From Mytilus trossulus (lineage: Eukaryota): a stretch of DNA of 64,000 nucleotides. The notes under the pieces are model-generated. The model was not told where the DNA came from and made no database searches. It worked only from the letters and a program-made list of their open reading frames with translations. Below are positions 1 to 12,700 of the stretch, piece by piece (position 1 is the stretch's first letter; the number at the start of each line of letters is the position of its first letter). Where the stretch lies: positions 67,022,001 through 67,086,000 of the forward strand of contig NC_086381.1 of assembly GCF_036588685.1 (NCBI RefSeq). The letters run 5' to 3'. Both the position numbers and the translations under genes were made by a program.

Positions 1-816
1 ATAACTAGAGACAATATGATAAGAAAGTGACAAATATCTACGGGTCAAATTAAGAAAAAAAAGTCAGGAAAACGCAGTGAAAATCTTTATTTTGGTCTGA
101 TAATGTTTTTATTATTTTAAGGTTTTACATGAAGGCTGAAGTAAGTTTTAAACAAGTCAGTTAATAATTTGATGGTGTAAGTATTTTTTACTTGCTTTAA
201 AATAAATACTGTTACATCACATTTGAATTTTCTTTCCAAATTTTGATTATCTCCCCTCATGCTGCTCCAAAATTTATCTTTTTAGATGCCCTGTTATTTC
301 TTTTTACAATCCCTGAAATTCTCATTTTTTTTGTGCTGTTTTTTTCTGTCAAAATATGTCTCAATAGATACAAGAAGATGTGGTTTGAGTGCCAAGGAGT
401 CAACTCTCCGTCCAAGTTACAAAATTTGTAACAGTAAAACATATTTATCAAATTATAATATGTTGTTTACATGTAAGTCATGGTATTGACAGTCAATGAC
501 AGTGATGTACTATTTCAAGTGCAATATTAATCTCAAGAAGTTAAAAAAAAACTCTACCATGTCTACTAAGCACATATAGCAAGAATCTGCAAAAAAATTC
601 TTAAGTTGTTCCCTAGTATTCAACACGTTTAAAAGGATTGTAAAAAGCAGAATTTTCAGAAAAAAACACATTCATATGAATGAGATTAGCATACTGTCCA
701 TGTTGTTATAATTCTTAGAAAAAGAAGAACAAATTTTGAAGACAGACATTGTATCTGAGTTATCTACCTTTAATGATTTTCTAATTATATTAATTATAGT
801 TTATAGTGAACTTCAC

Positions 817-3800
817 CTGTGTCAAAACTGTGCTCTAATGTAAATGTTCTCAATCCTTCAAACTCTTCATCAGTCTAAAAGAAATAAAACATTTAAAAAA
901 ATGTCATATTTAATACATCATGTACATATTTGCAAACAATTTATATTTAATAGATGGATTTAGAAAAAGATCTTTCTATATTTTATCCACTATTATCAAT
1001 GATTATATAGAAAATAATTAGATTGTTCATGTTATGAAATGATTGATAAGATTACTCAATATATTTTCTATGTTTCAATGTTTCATGTTATCCTATAAAT
1101 TTGGACCAAATAAGTATCTTTGTTCAGATAATCATTCAGTCTGCTGTGAGTATTTTTAAATTTTGACTTTTTTAACCCATATTGAGGCAGGAAGGCCTCA
1201 AAGCAAATATAATCAAGGAGAGCTAAGTGCTTTCTACAGCTTTTGAAATGGGCAGTGTAATTTTTTTCTAAGAAGGCACTCTAAGCATGATTGGCTATAT
1301 TTTAAGGCCACACGTTTCGCAGAAGACGGAATAGGGATTAAATTGAATATACCATTGTTTAATACTTATTGGTAAGATGAAGATATGTATAGGTTGTTAA
1401 TTTTGAAGAACAACATTTTTCTGAGTTATCTCCCTTTCTTGTTTGTATTGTTGTCCTGTTATGTAATGTAGTCATTAAATTTTAATGTTATATTTTACAG
1501 TGCTATAAAAGTGGGAGGTTTCGCTAGCCACAAAACCAGGTTCAACCCACCAATTCTTAGAATGCTCTGTACAAAGTCAGGAACATGGCCATTGTTATAT
1601 TATCATGATTATAGTTCATTTCTGTGTGTGTTTCATTTTAGTCTTTCTGTTGTGTTATTGTTCTCCTCTCATATTTGATGTGTATCCCTCAGTTTAAGTT
1701 TGTAATCCTGATTTATTTACTTCTCAATCTATTTATGAACTACGAACAGTAGTATACTACTGCTGCCTTTATATAATTCCTTTCATTAATAAAATTATCA
1801 CTTTTAGACTCAGCTTATCAGAATCTTGATGATGTTCATATTAAAATTGTGCAACTGGCTCATTTCAAATAATTACTCCAGTTAATAAGGAGGTTCGCGG
1901 GTATAAGATTTTCAGAAAAAAATAAACTTTTATTTTACATTACAAATTCTGTCAATTACCTTCAGTAGTTGTTACTTTATCATTTGGTACAAAAATTATT
2001 CCAATAAATCAATTCGTGTTGACCCCAGCTGTACATAAACTAAATAATTGTAAAATTTAAGCGATTTCTGTAATTTAGTTCTTTTTTTATTTCGATATTA
2101 CCGCTATTTCTCCTATTAGTTCAACAGAAAAAAAGGACATTAACAAAAATGTATGCTTCTTTCAACGGCAGATTGTGAGCGTAAATGAAAGATGACCCCA
2201 TTTTTTTATTTCATTTTTCTATTAAGGATAAGATAAAGTTCATTTATAGAAAAATATATAGAAATCTTATATTAAATAAAAAAAATCATTTAGACCCGCG
2301 AGCCCCCTTAAGTTCAATACGGGACCACTGAGTCTGATTGTGTAAGAATGTGTTGTGAAAGTAGACAAGAGCAAATGCAATGCACCACTTTTTAGATGCA
2401 CTAATAAAGAAGTGCTAAATAAAATACCTTTCTGATATCGTATGTTTAATCCAATCAAAGCTACCTTGGCTCATAACTGTATAAACTAGTTTAAGGATAT
2501 TCATAGATTTGTATAGCAATACAATGCAAGACTTACATGTACTATACGGTACATATATCTTTTTTACATACATGTAAATGGGTGTTAACTGTTTTTATAT
2601 ATTTTTTTTGTTGGATTTTTCGTACTATTCAAATAATTATGACATCTTGCAAGGCTACATACATTGTACATGTTGTATTTTAATTTTTGGACTTCACAGA
2701 AAAAAATTAAATGACCTTGCAAGACATCATAATTAATTGGACTAGGCAGTAGGTAATATACAGCAAAGCTTTTTATTTTCCTATATATACATGTATTAAA
2801 AATACATGTATATGGTCAGATGTTATGTATGTTTTTGAAAAATGTCATATGAATTCGTACTATGTATGATTTTTCAATGTAAATTGAGATGTCACTAGCC
2901 ACAATGCATTCTTTATAGCATGAAAACCCATCACTGGCATGAGACAAGGAAATTCCTTTAATATTTCCAAATAGAAGAGCATACCTGTCAACCTGTGACG
3001 ATGAAAATGCAGGGTATGACCTGCATTGAAGCATCAAATCTCAGGTCATAACGCGTACGAAATTTTTCGAGCTAAATTTCAGTATTTATGGTACATTTTC
3101 TTATATTGTGTATCAAAGATACCAAAACATCAATGCATGTTCACTTGGTTAATTTATTTCAAATCCTATTAAATATTATTTCATTGCACTTCAAAGAATT
3201 TTATAAATATGTGTATCACAGTCTTACATTCTTTACTTATTGTTATAATTTAAACAAGGATTTGTATACTTAGAATTTACTTTACAGAGGTGATATTTAA
3301 ATGTTTGAGACACTGGCTATGCAGCCTTAAAAAATATCAACAATTACTTTATGAAGATTAGACTATAATAAAGGATTAAACACATTTTTTCTAGAGGTTA
3401 TTGATGTGTAAACCGGGGCGGTTAACTCACAAACTGAATAAATGTCCGAAGGACTTTTTTCATGTTTATGTCAAGTTTGTGAGTTAGAGACCAGGTTTAC
3501 ACATCAATAACCTCTAGAAAAATTGTGTTTAATCCTTATAATTCTTCAGCCAAACATACGCGATTATTAATTTACATTATTACTATGATGGCTACTATAT
3601 GTACCATCAGAAGCACAATGACATGTCATAACTAAGGAGTACGCCGCCATCTTGACTTTCTAAAAAACTTAAATGTTTGATGAATGTAACAGAATCTAAA
3701 ATGAACTAGCACCTACCTCAAAAACTTCATTTTAATTAGATATTTTCCGAATTTGAAGCGTACAAGTAACGAAATAATCTACCGTCTGAAAGTTTTCAAT

Positions 3801-6560
3801 CGTATGACGTCGTGTTTTGCCATGACGTAAATTCGCCAAATCATTCGTGAAATTTCCCGGAATTCTATTTAAATCTTATTTTTATACATTTTCGAAGCTT
3901 TAGTGCATTTATTTTATTGCATTTTTTTTTGGTTATATATGCATTAGAACAGAAAAATGTTATGCAATTGTTTATAATCTCAACTTGCTGAAAATCCGAG
4001 TATCCCTGCAATAATGTGTATCGCACATGAATAGATTACAAAAGTCGTTTCAGAGACATGGTTTATCGAAGTGTAAACCAAGAGAAAAATTCTACTTGAC
4101 CAATCCAATTCAAATATTTATAATTATGCAAATGATATAAGAGTTATTAATATATAGTAATACAGTTAAAGGAAGTATAAATGTAAAATATATTTTACAA
4201 ATTTTTTTTTTTAAATTGTATAAAGGTCTAAAAATAATGAAAAGTTATTTTTCAATATGTATTTAAATTTTATATTTTCATGATTTAATCTTTTTCACCC
4301 AAAAAACGTAAATATAAGGAATAATTTTGAATGGTTAAAAATAAGGGGAAGTAACTGTCTTGTTGAAATATGTTTGATTACACACCAATAATGCAATTTA
4401 TTTACAACCTAAAGCTAAGGTAATTGGTGTTAATTAACAGTGTGTTTGACACCAAAGCTGTCAAGTGAAGCCATGCACTTAATGGGTCACTTAATTTGAC
4501 AGTTTAAATAGCTAGATGATCTTCCTGTTCATGGAAGAATTACGAATTTGCCGATATTTCAAAGAAATATTACTTATGAAATCAATCTCAAGGCTAAGAA
4601 ATACGGGTGAAATCGGGTCATTTTCAGAATTCCCGGGTTATTTCAATGACTCAGCGGGTGTTCCAGGTGATTCCCCAGAATTGTGAAAATCTCGGTGCAC
4701 ACCCGCAGAAAACGGGTCACTTGACAGGTATCGAAGAGGGTGGTAATGGGGGTACCTTCATAAAGAATAACGGTAAAAATTCTTGCCAAATGAATTAAAC
4801 AGTAATTTTTGGAACATGAACATGATGAAGATAAAATGTACACTTTCATTAAAATGATAAAAAAAATTGACTGATTTTGAGGAATCACGTTATTTTTTTC
4901 CTAATTTTGACGGTAACCATAACTATTTAAAATCTCTGACGAATAACAAAAGGGATATCTTGAAGAATCACAGTAAAATTATAACCATTTTTACGCTAAG
5001 GATATGACCGTTTGAGGCCTGACAAGAAAGAGGGTTTATAATACTACCCTCATAAAAGTTTGTCCACACTGACAAATGGCTGAGGTACATGTTAATGGTC
5101 GGGTGTAACATTCTTATTTTATTTTTGTCTTTGCTTTGTAATACACTCTCCAATAGGAGGCTAAGAAACTATATATAAATTACTATATTAGCTGTTAAGA
5201 CGAAATGTCCACATAAACCTTAAATACACCTTATCGCTATTTAGTCCATTCCTGGAAAAACAGTCATTTATACAACTTCCGGTTTAGGTCACGCGGGCCG
5301 AAAATTGAGGTCATCAGCAGTGAGCTGAGGGAGGAAAAACTTTAGAAAGTGATCATCAAGAAACTTTGAAAAAGTATGGTCCACTTTTTTCGAAATTAAA
5401 ATTGAAGTAAAAAAATATTTTGTTTGAAGTATTTACGGTAGTTTAAACAGATCTTATTAAAAAGTATCATGCATGGTGAATTGTTTAAACAGGGTCCCAG
5501 ATAGCTTCAACTGGATGAAAAAGTTGTGTAATTTTAGAACTTTTCCGGAATGGAATAAATAGCGATTAGGTGTATTAACAGTCAAGGGTCTAACTTAAAT
5601 AAGTTATCAGGGGAAAATAACATGCATGTTGTTATTACAGACACTTTCATGAGTTGTCTTCTCTTTTTTCCTGAATCTGTAATAACATATGTTGGTTATC
5701 AGTGAAATATATCAAAAATGTTTTATCTTTAATGGATACTTGGGAATTCTTAAAAACTTTTGCGCAGTAGCTTAATAAATTACCCTGATAACTAATTTTC
5801 TAATTCCATTAATACAATTATGATTAACCATGGTAAATCAAAAAGACAAGGCTTTTAAGGGCAAACTAAGCTGTAATAACAAGGCTTATGTTATTACAAG
5901 CATGTAATTTACTATATCAGAGTAAATGAGACACTTGGAATCTTGCACAGTGCCTCATTACAAGCTCTGATCATCATTTCTTACAATGAATTGAAATAAA
6001 TTTTTATGCAAGTTAGAGCAAAGTCTTTAAAGAGATATAGAGAAGCTGCAATAACACCCATTCGTTATTGCAGGAATGTATTTTCTGTAATAACATAGGT
6101 GTATTATGCATGATTGGTAAACTATGAGCTGTTATATATTTGCAAAGATTAATATACATAAAGAAAATTATAAAACAATGAAACTTGAGAAAAATTTAAC
6201 AAAATAAAGGTTGTATATTTCCCCCTTTGAAACATGTAACACACATATGTTATTACAGTTTTTTGATATTTCAGCTCACAATAACAACATGTATGTTATT
6301 TTCTCTAATAACTTATTAAAGTTAGACCCTTGACCATGTTGACTGATTAATGTGGGATGATTTTTAAATGTTAAAAACAGATATTGTGCGACAAAAAATC
6401 AATAGTGTCTTTAGTGACGGTACTAAATGCGTGGCATGTGAGTATCATATTGTATCTACACCTGATACTTTTAATACTTAGAATTACGCACTATGACACC
6501 AATAAACGAGCTCAGAAATAGAATAAGAGCCAGCAGGATATTTTCCATGGGCGCAGACAT
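817..6560 (-). CDS. EMC10: ER membrane protein complex subunit 10-like, first two exons (6560-6492, 874-817); gene continues past position 1
   Basis: Exon 1 encodes the signal-peptide-like MSAPMENILLALILFLSSFIGVI and ends at donor GTGCGT (phase 0). Exon 2 (tttag|...|GTGAAG) encodes TDEEFEGLRTFTLEHSFDT. LEHSF close behind a signal peptide is the N-terminal motif I recognise from EMC10. Missed by the ORF track. Confidence 0.7.
1889..2307. mobile_element. Non-autonomous DNA transposon (Kolobok-like MITE)
   Basis: Imperfect TIRs GGAGGTTCGCGGGT...ACCCGCGAGCCCCC, flanked by ATAA/TTAA. Confidence 0.55.
3371..3537. repeat. Long imperfect palindrome, probably the head of an interspersed repeat extending to ~4145
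   Basis: aaggattaaacaca-ttttttctagaggttattgatgtgtaaacc is inverted at 3493-3537; the inner arms aactcacaaact/agtttgtgagtt also pair. Confidence 0.7.
5227..5572. mobile_element. MITE with TA flanks
   Basis: TIRs CACCTTATCGCTATTTAGTCCATTCC / GGAATGGAATAAATAGCGATTAGGTG, with TA on both sides. Confidence 0.65.
5581..6334. mobile_element. MITE with ~55-bp TIRs in intron 1 of the EMC10-like gene
   Basis: GTCAAGGGTCTAACTTAAATAAGTTAT... inverted as ...ATAACTTATTAAAGTTAGACCCTTGAC; internal TAATAACA/TGTTATTA motifs. Confidence 0.7.
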
Positions 6561-6779
6561 CTTTAATGAATTAGGGTCATGTAAGGTCAAATTTTAGATT
6601 AACCAACAGCTACCCCCGTTATAAATAATAAGACCAATCAAAATTAGTTTGTTTGCACGTTTCGGAAATTGTTTGAAAATGGATGCTGGATGAACAATAT
6701 GCCTAACCAAATAATGCTAATTTTATCGTAATTCCAGACTTTAATTTTTAATTTTAAGTTCTCTCCCACTGACTCAATC
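6561..6779. promoter_or_regulatory. Putative bidirectional promoter between the EMC10-like and SDR genes
   Basis: 219 bp separate the divergent ATGs. Contains a CCAAT box (gaccaatca, ~6632-6640) and GGGTCA-tgta-AGGTCA (6574-6589). Confidence 0.55.
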
Positions 6780-9700
6780 ATGAATACTAATATTGATTAT
6801 GACGAATATTTAGATGATGACATTATTTTCTATTCTATCTTGTATTCCAGTGTAACTGTTCTGTTTGCCATGGCAGTTCTGTCAAAATTTTTGACAAATG
6901 AATTTCGATTTGGATTTAGATCTGTATTAAGTTTAGCTGTGCTGTTTTTAGGAGAACCCTTATGTCAGTTCTTCATTAAGGGACCTAGCGGTGTGTTTGC
7001 ATTTGCAATGTGTTGTCTTGTTATCTACTCTATCTTGCCTGCCAGTCATCTTCCAGTAGGAAATAAAGCTGTACTCGTTACAGGTAGATACAATGTATTT
7101 TGTTCAAAAATAATGTAATTATAGATTATCATCACAGTACTCTTCTCAGAAAAAAAAAATCCTACATACCTTTATATAACACAAGGTACTGAATTAACTC
7201 ACGATTTATGAAAAAAGTTATCCAGTTGCGAAATTCTGTTATATGCCAATTTCTCAGCTGTCAAACTGACTAAAACTTGTTATTTCATAAATCTAAATTG
7301 ATTTATCTTCTCAATGGTGTATAGCATGCCTACTCTTGTTGTCAGAATTATCCGTATCCCAGTATTACAAGATTTACGACATAACAAAATATAAAAAAAT
7401 CATTTAGTAGATATAGGAAGATGTGGTGGCATATATTATATCTTATTATATAAAATAAACCATGCTAAAAAAAAATCATTGTCAAAGCATATCATTTTGC
7501 ACATGAAACAGAAGAAAAAACATAGACAGCAAACACTATCATGACTATAGACAATAGAAGTCTAAATATGGTTCAAAAACCAAGACAGACCATTAATGTT
7601 GTAATATCTCTGGAAGTAGCTGGGATGCTGTAATGTCTCCGCTTATATTATATATATACATGTACAGATAATTACATTCATGACATTTAAACATTTAAAT
7701 TGGTGAATTCATTTATCACTGTTAATAAAGAATACATGTAAGAGACTGATGAAATTGTTATAAACGATCCATTCACTCACAATCAAAATTATTTTTGTTT
7801 GAATACCAATTTATATGATCAGCACTATGGATTAAACACAATACATACAATATAAACACACATGCAAGCCAATCATTATATTTTTTCACACAATTGTTTA
7901 TTCTACGTGTTCTATGCTTCAAATTGATACACAATGTATTCTCAATTAAAAATTTGACGAAGCATTGAAGAATCATCTCCTGGAGATGATTACATTTGAA
8001 TTTAAATCTCCTGAAAAAAAAGTTATATATTATATACATGTACATGATATATAAATAGAGATTGGTTTTTTTTTGTATTCCAGGATGTGACAGTGGCTTT
8101 GGTAACAGTTTAGTAAAGAAATTAGACAGCATTGGCATGAGAGTGTTTGCCACATGTCTCAGTTTAAATAGTCCTGGTGCTGTGTCCTTACAGTTAGCTT
8201 GTTCAGGAAGGTACTTGTACCAAGTTTCAAAATACCACTGAAATCATTATTTAATATTACAGCTGTTCCTAGATCATCATGATCATGAACACATGTATAA
8301 AAACAATAACTTTTAATTCCTTATATTTGATGAAATATACCAAAATGTAATCTTTCAGTCCTAATCAGTTATCACATACATGTACATTGTGTCAGTTGAA
8401 TGCATTATAAAGAACGATATATAACAAGGTAAAATGCCACAAGGACAATTGTTTACCAAAATATCAACAGAATAAAAAGATATGTGGAGTAGTGTCAATG
8501 AGAATGATGAGAAAAAATACTACAGATTTAGAATAAAAAATTGTTATTGAGGTGAAATTCATTGGAATTAATTACTGTTTAACTATTTTCATATGTATTT
8601 TGCAGTGTTCTTCCTAGAATTTTGAATAGCACCAATACATGTAGCACTGTTTAAAAAAGAAAGATAAAGGTCCCTATGCATTCTACATATATTGTATACT
8701 CAAAATTTCAATTTACCAGTATTTGCTGGTATTTACCAGTATTTACCACTGGCTTGGTCAACACTAGCTATATATATATAGTATTGATCGCTTTTTTACC
8801 AACCTTGCATGACATCATCAAACTCATAACCAAGGGACTTTCACATTAAAGAGATCAACACAGATGGATACTCTTTATAAGCCAAAACTATACTGAAATT
8901 GAAAAGCATTTAAAAGTGAAAATGTTCAAATTGTTTTGCCTACCTGACAAAGACCTTCTATGCCATTGTGTTGATAAACCTAAATGCTTCAAATGATTTT
9001 AACATTTTTCATATAAAATCTTAATTTACAAAATATTGACATACATGACATATATATCTGATTTAAATTTTATTTTGTATTTCATAGGGTTCATTTGTTA
9101 CAACTGGATGTAACATCACAGAAGGACATTGAAACAACAGTAGAATATGTCAAGCAGCATACAGGAGGAGAAGGTATACGTATAATATAGTAAATTAAGA
9201 ACTTGTACATGTTGTATCATCGCAAATGAAAACTCTTCACCAAAAGACCAAATGTCATAGAAATTGATAATTAGAGATCACTGTTCATGCTGTAGGACCT
9301 TAAACAATGAGAAAAGCACATTTGGCATAGATTTAATCATACATTCATTCTACAATTTTCAAAAATCCAAAGATGCTCTTACAGATTGCATAAGTTTGCA
9401 TAAAAATGATATGCTAATACATGTATTACTTTTGTTTTACCCCTGCTTCGTAAAAACAGAATTGTACTTTACCTCTCTTTCAGTTATTGTCGAGCCTTCG
9501 ACTTTAGTCGAAAAAGCGAGACATAGCGATTCTACATTCCGTCTGCGTCGGCCACATCCACAAATATTCACTTTGTGGTTAAAGTTTTCGAAATTTTAAT
9601 AACTTTCTTAAACTATCCTTGAATTGTACGAAACTTGGACAGAAGCTTGTTTATGTTCATAAGATAGTATCTAGAAGTAAATTTTGTAAAAATAAAATTC

Positions 9701-12700
9701 CATTTTTTCCGTATTTTACTTATAAATGGACTTAGTTTTTTCTGCTAGGAAACATTACATTCACTCTGTGGTTAAAGTTTTTAAAATTTTAATAACTTTC
9801 TTAAACTATCCTGGAAATGTACAAAACTTGGCCAGAAGCTTGTTTATGATCAGGAGATAGTATCCAGAAGTAAATTTTGCAAAAATAAAATTCCATTTTT
9901 CCCGTATTTTACTTATAAATGGACTTTTTCTTCCAGTTAACATTACATACAGTCTGCAGTTAGAGTATTTGAAACATTTTTAAGATTCTTAAACTAGCCT
10001 GGATTTTTACCAAACTTGGACAGAAGCTTCTGACAATCAAAAGATAGTATCGAGAGGAATAATTATATTGATTTTTTTCATCATTTTTGATGAGTGTGTG
10101 ATTAACAGCAAAAGTAGGCGAGACACTGGGTTCCGCAAAACCCTTACAAATTTTTTTTTGCACCATAATAACATTCTACTGTGTGTTTATCTCAAAAACT
10201 ACAAATCATTTAGTACCCCAGCATATCCATGATATCTTCTTATTGCAAATAGTTGTTTGCCTGTTTTCTATCTTCTAGAGGCACATCTACATCCGTTTTC
10301 TTCTCCATGGATTATCATCAGAATTTTTTCAGGATTTCAGTAGTCTTTGTTTTAATGTTTTTGTGCGTTACATTTGAATTATAGATTAGAAATGATTGAG
10401 GGATCTACTTTACATTCTTTATTATAAATTATATCTTGTATTTAATACTTCAAGTCAAGTTTGAAAGTTTTTAAAAATCTGACAAAATTTTGTGTCCTTC
10501 TACATGTTCTATAGTCTATAATAACATTAACGGTTTCAATTTTCCTGCACCAGATGAGCATTTCGACAATACAAGTCTCTTCAGTGATGCTCGTGGCCAA
10601 AATATTTCAAATCCAAAGCTAAATATAAAAGATGAAAAGCTATAATCCAAAAGGTCCAAAAAGTATAGCCAAATCCTTGAAAGAAATCAAAGCTTTGCAT
10701 GAGGGAGATCAATACATTCCTTAATTTATAATAATTTCTAAAATTTGGTAACAGCAAATTTAAATAACATAAAAAATCTGTATTCACCAATATACATATA
10801 TTTTTGGTTATCAAATTACACAAAATTGTTTAATTTGTTTTATTTTACAGGTTTATGGGGACTGGTCAACAACGCTGGTGTATGGTACTATTCTGAATTA
10901 GAAACAACATCTGAGACAATATTCCGTAAAGTTTTAGAAATAAATTTGTTTGGTGCTATCAGACTTACAAAAGCCTTGCTGCCACTTATACGCAAATCAA
11001 AAGGACGAATTGTTAATGTTTCCAGCTTAATGGGTAATTTATTTCGGTGATATGCACTGTGTGTTTCTTCTATCATTTTCACAATATACAGATGGAAAAA
11101 AAACAGCAGAAATATTTGGGGATGATGATCCAAATTTTTCATAAATGATCAGAGGCTAAATTGAAAAAATGTATCTTGAATTTGAAACAGCTTAGGTTTT
11201 ATTTTGATCTCGTTTTTAACAGCATTCTACAAAGCAGACCAAAGAAACTTAAGTCTGAACTCACACACACCTGGGGTGATCCCAGGTCAAATAAAAATGT
11301 GGTACAATTATAGACAATTAAAAAACAACCAACACAATGTGTAAAGAAAGAAAATGCAAAAAAATATGTATAAACAGAATCTGAGAAAAATAAGTAAAAA
11401 GTATCACCTCAAAAATCAAATAGCAACCATACAAACATACAAAATATTTTCTCAACCTTTGAAAACATTTCTTTCCACAATTTGAAAGCATTTCTTTAAA
11501 TCAAAAAGCAATAGATTCAGTTGCATATAATTGTGTCTTACCCTGTATAAAGTTTGCTGGGCCTGACAAAGGTTTGCCAAATAGTGCCCTTTAGTCCCCT
11601 ATCCACGAAGTTGAGAGGACTTTCGGTTTTCACTCCATCTGTTCAGCTGTCAGTCAGGCAAAGAATTTTTTCAAACTTTTTTTCTGCATAGAGATATTTA
11701 TTTGATTTTTGGTGTATTGTTTACAGGGATTAGACTTAAGACTTTGGCAATTGTAGACCACATATATATATATATAGTCCTATACAAGAAAAGCATAAAT
11801 TTAAGTAGCCCACACCAAATTTTAGGGGCCATTGATGAGTGGGGCCCTGCTAAATTCAAACCCTGGTTTAATAATGACAAGTTACAGTTAATCATTCATA
11901 CAAATGTTTTAATTTTACAGGACGTTTAACAATGGAAGGCAATGGTGCTTACAGTATGTCCAAACATGCATTACTGGCTTTCTCAGATACACTTAGACAA
12001 GAAATGAAAAAGTGGGGAGTACATGTATCAATAATAGAACCAACAGGATTTTATACAGGTATTTATAGATAAAACAAAGGTTACTGTAGACAAACAGAAC
12101 TCCACAAATTGCTTGAAAGTATATGAAATTGTGAGCGTAAAAATGAAGCTCTGAATTTAGTACTGTAAATTCATCATTATAAATATAGATATAAAAAGAT
12201 GTGCTATGGATGCCAATGAGACAAATCTCCATCAAATTTGTTAAAGTAAACTGCAACTGCTAGCAATTAGGTTCCTGACTTTAGAAATCTGCAAATAAAA
12301 GCATCGATTTTAGACATTTTAAAGGTACCAACCTTCACCCTTACCTGAAACATAGTGTTAATCACAAAATATAAATTTTTTAGAGAAATTCATGGATATG
12401 TTAAATAAATTTGACTAAAATACAATTTTCCTTTTATCTATGAAAATTGATACCAATCAATTGCTAATGAAAGTAAATGAATTCACAATAGTGATAAAGA
12501 AATATAACTACAATTTCTTAAAAATTTATTGATCAATTACTTTCAAAAACTATGTGATTATTTGAACAAAAAATGATATAATTATGTTTAAAAACGTGCT
12601 TATTAATTTCTAAGCTACCGGTATACAGTTTAATTTATCAATTAAAGGGAGAAAAACTTGAGATCAGTTTATAACGTTTTTGCCCAAAAACCTTTTTTTT

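Noticed and set aside
3568-3650. AAGATGGCGGCG as the start of the minus-strand gene
   Set aside because: Gives a short non-signal peptide and lies within a repeat; the exon at 6560 fits much better.
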